Counted from the first letter of the stretch, positions 20,654-29,319 are shown. The stretch is 32,625 nucleotides of DNA from Candidatus Woesearchaeota archaeon (GCA_964469785.1 CAYXYT010000002.1:1-32625); one strand, 5' to 3'. Notes: generated by a model not told the origin, from the sequence alone. Numbers and translations are program-made.

Positions 20654-23344
20654 ATGAAATTTAACTTTAAAAAAGTCTCAGCAATTGGAACGAGCATTCT
20701 ATTAGCAGGAATGAGTATGGGAGTTGCTGCTGCTGCAAACTATCCAAGCCCATTTGTGGTTGGAGGAACAGCAGATGTAGCAATTGTATATGGTACAGGT
20801 ACAGGAGTTTCTGCTTTAGACGTTGTTCAGTCAGGAAATATCCAGACAGACCTGCAATCTTTTATGGGTGCGAGTACTACTGGAGACGGTGACGTAACTA
20901 CTGAGGGAGAAATAGTATCCTTAGATACAGGTTCTGGTGGGAGAATATACTTAAATAACAGTATAAATAAAAGAGAAACTTTAACAAAAAGTAATCTTCC
21001 AACAGTGCTTGCAGATACTTCTTTCTCTGGAAATGTTGATGCAACAATTACCCAATCAATCGTTATTGGTGCTGGACACACTGCGAGTAGTGCATCTAAC
21101 CTAGTTGGTTCAAATACAGTTGTCTTTGCAAAACAGCCAAAAAGCGGAGATGAACCTGTTATTGGATTGAGCATGGGAAACAAAACATGGCCTATGTACA
21201 ATCTCTCTGCAACTTTCAAGGCAATTAACTTCTCGCATAGTGATTCTGAAGGAGAAACATTAACTCTTTTCGGAAAAGACTATGTGATTAGCACTGCAAC
21301 AACTCCGGGAGCTACAGGAGACCTGGTGCTTTTCTCTACTGCAGAAGAGGTCACTTTAACAAAATCTGGGGTTGAAAATCCTTCTGTTAGTGTAACAATC
21401 AGTGGAACAGATTACACTGTTACGTTACTAAACGGAGACAGTACAAGTGCAACTATCGATGTTGATGGAGAGAGTAAGGATATAACGGAAGGAAGTTCTA
21501 AGAAGATTGGTGGAATAGATATTGCAGTTAAGTCAGTTACATCCTCTGATGTAGCAGGTATTACAGCTACGCTGCTTGTAGGTGCTGAAAAAATAACTTT
21601 CAAAGATGGAAGTCGTGTTACAACAGGTTCAGAAGGAACCGCTATCAAGGGAACAGATGTAACTATTACAGGTGGTCCTGGTGCTGCAACAGAATTAAGA
21701 ATTACTGTTTACAGACCTAGTGCAAACGATGACGCTTTACTTGAAGGTGAAACATTTGTAGATCCTGTGTTTGGTAGTATCAAGCTAGAATTTGTCGGAC
21801 TAAGCGAATCTCTTGATGCTGATACAAGAGGTACTATTAGTGTTCAACACGAAGATAACGACCAAATGTCAATTACAATGACACATAAAGATGGTGATAC
21901 AGCAACTATAGCATGGGCACATAATGTAAGTAGTAGGTGGTGGTTAGCAGATGATTCTAACTACAGTATTTACCCTTATGAGCATGCTAATGTGACTGAA
22001 GATGAATACCTATTAGTCGGTAATGACGAATTTGGAACCCTTGTGAGAGTTTACAACATGTATAACAGTAGTGACGATGACCACACAAAGAACACTCTTG
22101 AGTTGGAGGATGTGTTCGATGGAGAAATTTATGATGCGACATTCACTTCTCACGTTGACGGATATGTTACAATTAAAAACAAGCAGTATGATGTAAACTT
22201 TAGTGCTGCTGGTGGTGGAACCCATAGGGCTCAGCTTAAGTATCCTTCATCTGACTCTCCATCAGGAGATGATTTTGTAGTTTATCCAACAATCCAGACT
22301 GATAGTAACGCAAGAATTGCATTTTATATGCCAATGAACATAACCATGACTAGTTTCGCTGGAACAGGAATTACACCAGCAAGATTGTATTTCCCTGACG
22401 GGGATGGCTATACCTCTATTACTATAGAATTTGGAAATGATGACGCTGATAGATGGAATATAACTCATGGAAGTACAACAGATGAGGTACTAACTCTGAA
22501 TGTTACTGCTTTTGATAGTGTCGACTTTACGATAGGAAGAGTTATATATAATCTTACATCTACGGCTACACAAAACGTAACAAGATTGTATATAAATGAC
22601 CTTGAGAGTGCTGGTAACGCAATCGACAACCCAGGAATACTTGTTTTTGAATCAGAAGATGACAACAATAATTACGAAGCAATCTTCGTAGACCTTGAAG
22701 ATGATCCTCCTGGAACATCCACGAATGGTGTTGGAGTAGATGATGTGTTGTTCTCGACAGTATACGGACATTATTCTGCTACCAAACAAGGAGTCAGTAT
22801 TACGCAAGATGTTGACTGGTTCGGAACACTTACAGAGAAAGATTCAGAGACAGATTCTGATCAAGCAACTCTTGAAATAAAGGTTCCTTCATCACAGGTA
22901 TATGCTCAACTATACGTGGGTGAAGAAACTGCTGCTATAACATCTGACACAACAACTACAACAGGCGCAACAACTCTTGGAGATGTCCTTGTTAAAGATA
23001 GCGAGGTAAGCTCTGTAGCTACAAAGAATCTGATTATTGTTGGTGGAAGCTGTATTAACTCAGCTGCTGCTAGCTTGGTCGGAGGAGCTCTCTGTGGCCC
23101 TAGCTGGACCGATACAACAGGTATTGGCTCAGGAGAGTTCTTAATTAAAGGCTATAGCGATTCAAGCCTTGCTGCTGGTAAGCTTGCATTACTTGTTGCT
23201 GGTTATGATGCTGCAGATACTGTAAATGCTGCTACATATCTACGAACACAGGTAGTGGATACTGATAAAGAATACAAAGGAACATCTGCAACAGAAGCTA
23301 CGCTTGTGACAGAAGAGACTACAGAGGAAACTACAGAAGAATAG
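20654..23344 (+). CDS. S-layer (surface layer) protein, 896 aa
   Basis: Signal peptide MKFNFKKVSAIGTSILLAGMSMGVAAAA. Mature N-terminus NYPSPFVVGGTADVAIVYGTGTGVSALDVV. C-terminal block NLIIVGGSCINSAAASLVGG...LLVAGYDAADTVNAATYL. Both ends match the conserved termini of euryarchaeal (Methanococcales-type) S-layer proteins. Thr/Ser/Gly-rich with many N-x-S/T sequons. Strong RBS and T-rich terminator. Confidence 0.8.
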   Translation: MKFNFKKVSAIGTSILLAGMSMGVAAAANYPSPFVVGGTADVAIVYGTGTGVSALDVVQSGNIQTDLQSFMGASTTGDGDVTTEGEIVSLDTGSGGRIYLNNSINKRETLTKSNLPTVLADTSFSGNVDATITQSIVIGAGHTASSASNLVGSNTVVFAKQPKSGDEPVIGLSMGNKTWPMYNLSATFKAINFSHSDSEGETLTLFGKDYVISTATTPGATGDLVLFSTAEEVTLTKSGVENPSVSVTISGTDYTVTLLNGDSTSATIDVDGESKDITEGSSKKIGGIDIAVKSVTSSDVAGITATLLVGAEKITFKDGSRVTTGSEGTAIKGTDVTITGGPGAATELRITVYRPSANDDALLEGETFVDPVFGSIKLEFVGLSESLDADTRGTISVQHEDNDQMSITMTHKDGDTATIAWAHNVSSRWWLADDSNYSIYPYEHANVTEDEYLLVGNDEFGTLVRVYNMYNSSDDDHTKNTLELEDVFDGEIYDATFTSHVDGYVTIKNKQYDVNFSAAGGGTHRAQLKYPSSDSPSGDDFVVYPTIQTDSNARIAFYMPMNITMTSFAGTGITPARLYFPDGDGYTSITIEFGNDDADRWNITHGSTTDEVLTLNVTAFDSVDFTIGRVIYNLTSTATQNVTRLYINDLESAGNAIDNPGILVFESEDDNNNYEAIFVDLEDDPPGTSTNGVGVDDVLFSTVYGHYSATKQGVSITQDVDWFGTLTEKDSETDSDQATLEIKVPSSQVYAQLYVGEETAAITSDTTTTTGATTLGDVLVKDSEVSSVATKNLIIVGGSCINSAAASLVGGALCGPSWTDTTGIGSGEFLIKGYSDSSLAAGKLALLVAGYDAADTVNAATYLRTQVVDTDKEYKGTSATEATLVTEETTEETTEE

Positions 23345-23355
23345 GCTTAACAAAA

Positions 23356-23388
23356 TTTTCTTTATTTTTTTCTTTTTTTTCTTTTTTT
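23356..23388 (+). terminator. Oligo-T transcription terminator after the S-layer gene
   Basis: TTTTCTTTATTTTTTTCTTTTTTTTCTTTTTTT, 12 nt after the stop. Archaeal RNAP terminates at oligo-T tracts. Confidence 0.6.
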
Positions 23389-23471
23389 AAGTTCTGGCGA
23401 AAGCCATGGAATGATTTTAAAGGATTTAGAAGCCACGTAAGGTTTTTATAATGTGAAAGAAATTATCATCT

Positions 23472-24050
23472 ATGAGAAAAATATTATCAAAATATGAACA
23501 AGAGAAAAAAAGAAAAAGAAGTCAATTAGTTGTTGGTTTGATTCTTATATTTGTTATGTTTTTCAGTGTCTTAGGATATAGTTTTGTTGGTAGGGGGGCT
23601 AGCCAAGATGATACAAATAAGATAATTTATAATGAGTATGAATTTGTAAATCAAAATGGGCTCTGGATATTAAATCTGGATAATGTTAATTTTGTTTTCC
23701 GATATAATCCAGAACAGGTCCCAAAAGTCTATTCTTGGGTAAGACCATTTGATAATTATTATCAAAAACCAGTTTATATTTCTTCAGAAAGCCCTGAAGC
23801 TGAAACAGAAATTTATGTTAATCTGAATCAAATTGCATTAAGAATGCAGCGTGCTTGTTTATCAGAAGAGGAGTGTGGAGATGAAAACCTTCCTATAAAA
23901 ACATGCTCTGATAATTTTATAATAATAGAGGAAAGCAATATTACAGACATAATTCAGCAAGAAAATTGTGTGTTTATACAGGGTCCGGAAGTTAATTTAA
24001 CGAGAATAGCAGACGAGTTTTTGTTTAAAATTCTCGGAATAGAACAATAA
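23472..24050 (+). CDS. N-terminally anchored extracellular protein, 192 aa, paralog of the 24293..24928 product
   Basis: KKRKRSQLVVGLILIFVMFFSVLGYSFVG anchor. Shared NF-[VY]-[FL]-R-[YN]-[ND]-P block (NFVFRYNPEQV vs NFYLRNDPRKL). TATA-like TTTATAAT at 23445-23452, 19 nt upstream. Confidence 0.65.
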   Translation: MRKILSKYEQEKKRKRSQLVVGLILIFVMFFSVLGYSFVGRGASQDDTNKIIYNEYEFVNQNGLWILNLDNVNFVFRYNPEQVPKVYSWVRPFDNYYQKPVYISSESPEAETEIYVNLNQIALRMQRACLSEEECGDENLPIKTCSDNFIIIEESNITDIIQQENCVFIQGPEVNLTRIADEFLFKILGIEQ

Positions 24051-24217
24051 AGGGAACCAAGTTTCCCCTTATCAACCCCTCCTTTAAACTAGCAAGGTTC
24101 CCTTTATCAAACCCTCCTTTAAACTAGCAAGGTTCCCTTTATCAAACCCTCCTTTAAACTAGCAAGGTTCCCTTTATCAAACTCCCAGTTATATACTTAA
24201 ATCCAGCTGTGTTAAAA
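24051..24217 (+). repeat. Intergenic element, locus C: 35-bp unit in about 3.8 tandem copies plus the ATCCAGCTGTGTTAAAA tail
   Basis: Units at 24051-24085 (variant AGGGAACCAAGTTTCCCCTTATCAACCCCTCCTTT), 24086-24120 and 24121-24155 (identical AAACTAGCAAGGTTCCCTTTATCAAACCCTCCTTT), and 24156-~24182 (truncated). ATCCAGCTGTGTTAAAA at 24201-24217 is identical to locus A (16921-16937). Confidence 0.9.
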
Positions 24218-24292
24218 ACCTTTTATAAAGCCCCTTTTTAAAGAAATCTTCCCTCTAACAAAATTTAAAAAGATAAAAAATAATTTATAAAA

Positions 24293-24928
24293 ATGGTTAA
24301 AGCTAAAAAAGGGAAAAACAAGAAAAAAAAGAGCAGAAAAACTAGCGGGAAAAAGCAAATTGAATATGAAAACAAATTATTAAGAAACCTTTTTATTGGG
24401 GTTGGAATTTTTATTTTAATAGTTTTAATATTATTCTGGGTTTTTAGTTTTGCGAGCAAGTTTGAATATGAAGGAGTAAAATTTAAAATTGTAAAAGAAG
24501 GGAACTTAATTTTGTATCAGACTTCTTTGCCTGTAATACATAATGGGCAAAAAGCCACCTATAATTTTTATTTAAGAAATGACCCTCGAAAACTAGCTGA
24601 CATTTATTTTGAGGGGGGGCTTTTTATGGATGATAATATGGTTATTAATTCTACAGAAGATTTTAATTGTGACGGGGATGGTGTTATTGCAATTGCAAAT
24701 TTAGTAAAACTTTATGAAATTATTGGGACAAAAGTGATAAAAGATGAAAATGCAACATGTGACCCCGAGCTAGGGTATGCATTTTTACAAATAACTTCTG
24801 CTAATCAGACAAATATAGAAAAGTTTGGTCCCATATGCTATCGTTTAAATATATATAACTGCGAAATCTTAAAAGCTACAGAAAGATTTATGCTTGAAAC
24901 TCTTGTAGAGGTAAATAAAATATTATAA
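24293..24928 (+). CDS. N-terminally anchored extracellular protein, 211 aa, Lys-rich N-terminus
   Basis: MVKAKKGKNKKKKSRKTSGKK... then TM helix LFIGVGIFILIVLILFWVFSFA. TATA-like ATTTAAAA at 24263-24270, 22 nt upstream. Confidence 0.65.
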   Translation: MVKAKKGKNKKKKSRKTSGKKQIEYENKLLRNLFIGVGIFILIVLILFWVFSFASKFEYEGVKFKIVKEGNLILYQTSLPVIHNGQKATYNFYLRNDPRKLADIYFEGGLFMDDNMVINSTEDFNCDGDGVIAIANLVKLYEIIGTKVIKDENATCDPELGYAFLQITSANQTNIEKFGPICYRLNIYNCEILKATERFMLETLVEVNKIL

Positions 24929-24929
24929 A

Positions 24930-25409
24930 ATGGACTTAAGAATGTTCTATGCCCTTATCCTCACACTAATGCCTATCACTGAATTAAGGGTGGGCTTACC
25001 AATTGCAATTACCTATGCCTTAGATCGCGGGGTTCCAATCATTCTTATTTTTCTATTAATAGTTTTATTAAATATCTTGGTGATCTTTTTTGTATTTTGG
25101 TTTCTGGATAATTTGCATCGCGCTCTTATGAACTTTAAAATCTACAATAAGGGATTTAATGTATTTTTGAAAAGATTTCAACGAAAAATCGATAAATTTG
25201 AAAAAAGATATGAGGCAATTGGATTTCTTGCTTTAATTCTGCTTGTTGCTATACCTCTTCCTGGAACCGGCGCGTGGACAGGGAGTTTGTTGGCCTGGCT
25301 TCTTGGATTAGAAAGAAAAAAGAGCATTTTATCTATAGCAATAGGGGTTATAATAGCTGGAATTCTAGTTTTGTTCGCAACACTGGGATTTATTAAACTG
25401 ATTTTTTAG
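24930..25409 (+). CDS. Small membrane protein of the 'putative small multi-drug export' (COG2426-like) family
   Basis: PITELRVGLPIAI near the N-terminus and IPLPGTGAWTGSLLAWLLGL in the C-terminal half are the two signature blocks of that family. 159 aa, about 4 TM helices. Confidence 0.6.
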   Translation: MDLRMFYALILTLMPITELRVGLPIAITYALDRGVPIILIFLLIVLLNILVIFFVFWFLDNLHRALMNFKIYNKGFNVFLKRFQRKIDKFEKRYEAIGFLALILLVAIPLPGTGAWTGSLLAWLLGLERKKSILSIAIGVIIAGILVLFATLGFIKLIF

Positions 25410-25417
25410 AATTCAAT

Positions 25418-25945
25418 CTATCTTGCCTTTTTATACAAAAATTTTATATCACTAATAAAAGGAATTTCTTTTATTTTAAAGAATTTGACCTCTGCAAACC
25501 AGACAAGTATAACCAAGATAATGCTTCCGAGATACCAGAATATTTTATGAGCAATATCAAACCAGGAAAATCGGAATATATATAAAATACTTAACAAAAA
25601 AATCCTCAAAATGTTTATTATTAAAAATGATAAAAATGCTAAGAAAATAAGATTTAATCTCTTTTGTAACTTTATTTTCTGAATTGAGAGATTTAAAATT
25701 AATAAGAGATAATATGCAGAACCTGCAACACATGCACTTATAATCTCTATTGAGAACTTATTCGCTATATTAATTACATTTCCTTTCAGAGAGGCATCAA
25801 AAAATAGATTAAGTAAAAAATAAATAGGATAGGTTGTAAGGGGGGTAAATATAAAATAAAAAATCCAGAGTCCTGGTAAAGCTATTAAAACAAGAATTGC
25901 GTATCTAATTAAAATATGTGAAAATTGTCTGGGCATTTTTTTCAT
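25418..25945 (-). CDS. Compact exosortase/archaeosortase-family protein (archaeosortase-like transpeptidase)
   Basis: 175 aa, polytopic. Ordered Cys/Arg/His signature: IEIISACVAGSAYY (Cys), INILRIFLLS (N-x-x-R), DIAHKIFWYLGS (His). Size and context fit the short DPANN-type archaeosortases. Confidence 0.6.
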   Translation of the reverse strand: MKKMPRQFSHILIRYAILVLIALPGLWIFYFIFTPLTTYPIYFLLNLFFDASLKGNVINIANKFSIEIISACVAGSAYYLLLILNLSIQKIKLQKRLNLIFLAFLSFLIINILRIFLLSILYIFRFSWFDIAHKIFWYLGSIILVILVWFAEVKFFKIKEIPFISDIKFLYKKAR

Positions 25946-25965
25946 GAAAATCAGAGTGGAAATGT

Positions 25966-25973
25966 ATTTAAAT
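25966..25973. promoter_or_regulatory. Palindromic TATA box ATTTAAAT, equidistant from two divergent start codons (candidate bidirectional promoter)
   Basis: The 48-bp intergenic region runs 25946-25993. ATTTAAAT is 20 nt from ATG 25945 (minus strand) and 20 nt from ATG 25994 (plus strand). Confidence 0.4.
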
Positions 25974-25993
25974 AATTTAATATTTATAAAACA

Positions 25994-26623
25994 ATGAAAA
26001 AGAGGGGAAAAATCACTGCATTTATATTTGTGTTATTAACAATTCTTATAAGTTTGTATTTTGACTCTTATATTATTAAGGCAATCTCTTTTATCAGAAC
26101 CGATGTTTTAAATGATCTTTTTTTAGGGATAACTTTTTCAGTCTTTGGAATAACTGTGTTTTTTATTTTAACGAGTTTATTTTTGTGGAGAGATAAGAAA
26201 GAAAATTGGATTTTGCCGTTGTGGGTTAGCTTAGCTGTTTCAGGATTAGTTAATTATTTATTAAAAATTATTGTGCAAAGACAAAGGCCCTTCCATCTAG
26301 GGATTGTCTCTACATTACCCACACTAGCTAAAAACAGTTATTTGGGCTGGAATTCGTCTTTTCCGTCATTTCAGGCAATGCTTGCTTTTTGTGCACTTCC
26401 TATTTTATCAAAAAACTTTCCTAAATTAAAGTATATCTGGATTATCCTTGCAGCACTAATTGCGTTCTCACGAGCTTATTTTGGATTGCACTTCCTCAGC
26501 GATGTAATTTCAGGGGCTTTAATAGGATATTTAATTGGCTGGATAATTGTAAGAACAGAAAAAAAGAACAAATTTTGGAGTAAAATCAATAAGAAAATTA
26601 AAAAACTCTTGAAGAAGATTTGA
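25994..26623 (+). CDS. PAP2-superfamily (type 2 phosphatidic acid / polyprenyl-diphosphate phosphatase-like) membrane protein with a degenerate middle motif
   Basis: C1 motif KIIVQRQRP (KxxxxxxRP). C3 motif SRAYFGLHFLSD (SRxxxxxHxxxD). C2 reads PSFQ instead of PSGH. Confidence 0.7.
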   Translation: MKKRGKITAFIFVLLTILISLYFDSYIIKAISFIRTDVLNDLFLGITFSVFGITVFFILTSLFLWRDKKENWILPLWVSLAVSGLVNYLLKIIVQRQRPFHLGIVSTLPTLAKNSYLGWNSSFPSFQAMLAFCALPILSKNFPKLKYIWIILAALIAFSRAYFGLHFLSDVISGALIGYLIGWIIVRTEKKNKFWSKINKKIKKLLKKI

Positions 26624-26638
26624 ACAAGGTCTCTAGTA

Positions 26639-26875
26639 TTAGTAGGAGGAAATTAAATTCTCGTAAGCATTATCTAGTTCTGTTAAATGCTGGTATCTCA
26701 CAGATTTAATTTTTACTTGCTTCTTTATTTGTTTTTTTAGAATCTTATAATATTTGCTTACTTGTTTTTCAGGAATATCTTCCATGTATTTAATCGCGTT
26801 TGAGAGACCCCTTTCGTTAATTAAGTTCTTCACAAACTTCTTATTAATTTTAAACTTGTCATCTAAGCTTGTCAT
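26639..26875 (-). CDS. Hypothetical small soluble protein, 78 aa
   Basis: ORF 24 nt downstream of, and co-oriented with, the 26900..28780 gene. No recognisable motif. Confidence 0.4.
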   Translation of the reverse strand: MTSLDDKFKINKKFVKNLINERGLSNAIKYMEDIPEKQVSKYYKILKKQIKKQVKIKSVRYQHLTELDNAYENLISSY

Positions 26876-26899
26876 TTTAATTCCACCTCAAAAAGAAAT

Positions 26900-28780
26900 T
26901 TATTTTCTTGCTACTCTGATTGCTACAATTATAATTATTATAATCAGAATTATATTAAGAATTCCAAGACCCCAGGTATACTTGTTTTCTCTAATAAATT
27001 CTCCTGTAATGCCCCCCCATCCAGCTTCTTCCTCAATGATAACTAAAACAGGTTGTGACAAGATAAATTGCCCTTCTGAAACAAGTTCTATATTAAATGT
27101 TTTCTCTCCTGAAACTCCGCTTTTAACATCAAATGTGAATAAAACTTCTTCTGACTCTCCCTGAGCAAGAGTAAAGCTGGTAGGGACTAGGGTAGCTGCA
27201 GATGCCCAGTCTGCGTATCCTGCTGCATTTGCCAAGTATGTTACTGTCTCATTCCCTGTATTTGTAATAATTGCTTTGACAATAAGCTCTTGCCCTGCTT
27301 TTGCTTCTGACTCCAGAGTTGCAGAAATAGAAGCTGTTACTTCTGTTATTTCCACACAATTACCCTCAACACTTAACAATACATGGAAAGTTTCTTCTGA
27401 CACCCTATCATAATCTATTTCATATTTTCCATCACCCTCGTCATAATCATAATATGATCTCATAAATAATATATGTGTTCCTTCTTCAGCATTCATTGGA
27501 ACATTAAATAAGAATGATACTTCTGTTTTATCTCCTTCATCTAAATCGCCAAGAACAACCTCTCTCAAATTAATTCCTAGCTCTGTATTATAAAGAGACA
27601 CCATAATTTGATCTTCATAATCTCTGTTACCAATATTCCAGACATCTAGAGAGAGAACAACCTGCTGACCACAAGCAGCTTCAAGTAATTCTATTGAATG
27701 CTCGTCAATAACAACCTGTTTGTCACGATCTGTTTCTTTTGTAATTTCTATTTCAGCGTAATATTCTGATGCACCAAATTCATCGTCCCCAATATCACTT
27801 GAATAATCAATACATGTTTCATCTTCCTCTCCTTGTGGGTAGGCTTTAACCATTAATAAATAATCTTCAGAATCAACCTCATTAGGATCTATTCTAAATT
27901 CAAATGTGTGTTTTCCATCATCATTTTCATCAATGTCTCCAAATTCAAATTCTTCATCTTCGTCACTAATCCAAATCATATCATCTATAATATTTGTATC
28001 AGAACCCTCTTCAAACAAACCTATTTCAAAGATAACGTCATCTAAATCAATGTTCTTATCATTTTCAAGCTCAACTTTTACCTCTATTGTATCAAGAGGA
28101 AGCCATTCATTATCTTCTCCCTCTCCTTTATTGTCAATATCTACTTTTAGTATTAAATCAGAATCATTAATAGTTCCTGAATCGCAGAATGAAAGCTCTT
28201 CTTCTGGAACTGGAACTTCTGTAAGTGTTCCTTCTACACTTAAAGCCTTAACTCTAAATGTGCCTTCGCTCTGATTAGCATTATAAGCAAACCACCTAAA
28301 ATATACTGTTTCGCTGTCATTAAGTGAAATACTTAGGCCTGTAACCTCGTCTTCCTGCTCTGTTACATTGTCTGGAAAGCCTGTTGAAATTGTGGTGGGT
28401 GAACTAAAATCAGAGTTCTTTGACCATTGTAATGTATAATTTAATGGCCCTGTATTTGATCTAGAATAATTAAAACTAATTGCAGAAAGAGTTAGATTAT
28501 ATCCGGATTTAGGAGCCAGAGTTACTTGGAAATAATCACTTGAATTTATGCTGGACCCGGTTGTCCAACCGCTAGAATAAGCTCCGCTTGTCCCAAAGGC
28601 AACTGCTGAAATGCCTGAGCTATTTGTAAAACCTCCGGCAGTAACATTTGCATTAACATTAGTTGCAGAACCGTCTGAAGTCAAAGGCCAGTCTGCTAGT
28701 GTTACAGCACTAACTCCACTAATAAATAATAGTGTCGCCAAAATGCTCAATCCAAACAATCCTAAAATCTTTGAACTCAT
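26900..28780 (-). CDS. Surface protein with signal peptide, acidic linkers, two CARDB/Ig-like beta domains and a C-terminal TM helix plus short basic tail (candidate sortase-type substrate)
   Basis: Signal MSSKILGLFGLSILATLLFISGVSA. CARDB-like stretches are CGQQVVLSLDVWNIGNRDYEDQIMVSLYN...GDKTEVSFLFNVP and AGQELIVKAIITNTGNETVTYL...GESEEVLFTFDV. The C-terminus reads TWGLGILNIILIIIIIIVAIRVARK. Confidence 0.75.
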   Translation of the reverse strand: MSSKILGLFGLSILATLLFISGVSAVTLADWPLTSDGSATNVNANVTAGGFTNSSGISAVAFGTSGAYSSGWTTGSSINSSDYFQVTLAPKSGYNLTLSAISFNYSRSNTGPLNYTLQWSKNSDFSSPTTISTGFPDNVTEQEDEVTGLSISLNDSETVYFRWFAYNANQSEGTFRVKALSVEGTLTEVPVPEEELSFCDSGTINDSDLILKVDIDNKGEGEDNEWLPLDTIEVKVELENDKNIDLDDVIFEIGLFEEGSDTNIIDDMIWISDEDEEFEFGDIDENDDGKHTFEFRIDPNEVDSEDYLLMVKAYPQGEEDETCIDYSSDIGDDEFGASEYYAEIEITKETDRDKQVVIDEHSIELLEAACGQQVVLSLDVWNIGNRDYEDQIMVSLYNTELGINLREVVLGDLDEGDKTEVSFLFNVPMNAEEGTHILFMRSYYDYDEGDGKYEIDYDRVSEETFHVLLSVEGNCVEITEVTASISATLESEAKAGQELIVKAIITNTGNETVTYLANAAGYADWASAATLVPTSFTLAQGESEEVLFTFDVKSGVSGEKTFNIELVSEGQFILSQPVLVIIEEEAGWGGITGEFIRENKYTWGLGILNIILIIIIIIVAIRVARK

Positions 28781-28809
28781 TTTCTGTAGTCATTTGAGAG
28801 TTATAATGG

Positions 28810-28817
28810 TTTATAAA
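28810..28817 (-). promoter_or_regulatory. Candidate BRE/TATA for the 26900..28780 gene
   Basis: The plus-strand 15-mer GTTTATAAAGATTTC (28809-28823) is identical to the one upstream of sepF (30062-30076). On the coding strand it reads GAAATC-TTTATAAA, 29 nt upstream of ATG 28780. Confidence 0.4.
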
Positions 28818-28932
28818 GATTTCTATCCTCGAGCATATAAATTGAAATACTTAATTTCCAGGTCCTTCAAAACATTTATATAACATTTTGAATTTGTTTT
28901 ATTAACGATAAAAAGAAAAATAAAGAGTTAAA

Positions 28933-29319
28933 ATGGTGATTAAAGCAAAAGAGAATTCTATTGGGGCATGGACCTTTTTAATAGGGGTTATTCTAGCACT
29001 CATTATTGGGGTATCAACAACATTATTTTCAATTCCTACACTAACAAAATATAGTGCAGAAATTTACGCTATTTTAGTTATCCTCGGAATTATAATTGGA
29101 TTCATGAATGTTGCAGGAAAAGACAGTCCGACATTCTTATTAGCAGGCGCTATCCTGGTTATTGTCAGTAGATTTGGGATGGAGAGTGTTATGGGGTCTT
29201 TAATTGGAATAGGAATAGGAGATCTTGTTGCATCTGTATTTGGTGCTTTGCTTGTATTATTTGTGCCTGCAACAATAATTGTGGCCCTAAAAACAGTTTT
29301 CTCAATAGCTAAGATATGA
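28933..29319 (+). CDS. Small polytopic membrane protein, 128 aa, function unknown
   Basis: Four hydrophobic helices (e.g. AWTFLIGVILALIIGV, IYAILVILGIIIGF, FLLAGAILVIV, VFGALLVLFVPATIIVAL). Confidence 0.6.
   Translation: MVIKAKENSIGAWTFLIGVILALIIGVSTTLFSIPTLTKYSAEIYAILVILGIIIGFMNVAGKDSPTFLLAGAILVIVSRFGMESVMGSLIGIGIGDLVASVFGALLVLFVPATIIVALKTVFSIAKI

Noticed and set aside
20827-22668. Minus-strand ORFs lie inside the S-layer gene: 20827..21219, 21412..21648, 22013..22225, 22262..22468, 22465..22668.
   Set aside because: They are fully embedded antisense to an 896-aa ORF that has a signal peptide and conserved S-layer termini. Their translations are S/T/V-rich mirror products.
27906-28274. A 122-aa plus-strand Ser-rich ORF lies inside the 626-aa surface protein gene. 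A similar one lies at 26754..27164.
   Set aside because: These are antisense shadows of the acidic (D/E-rich) coding region, since GAA/GAT codons read as TTC/ATC (S/F/I-rich) on the other strand. They have no independent signals.
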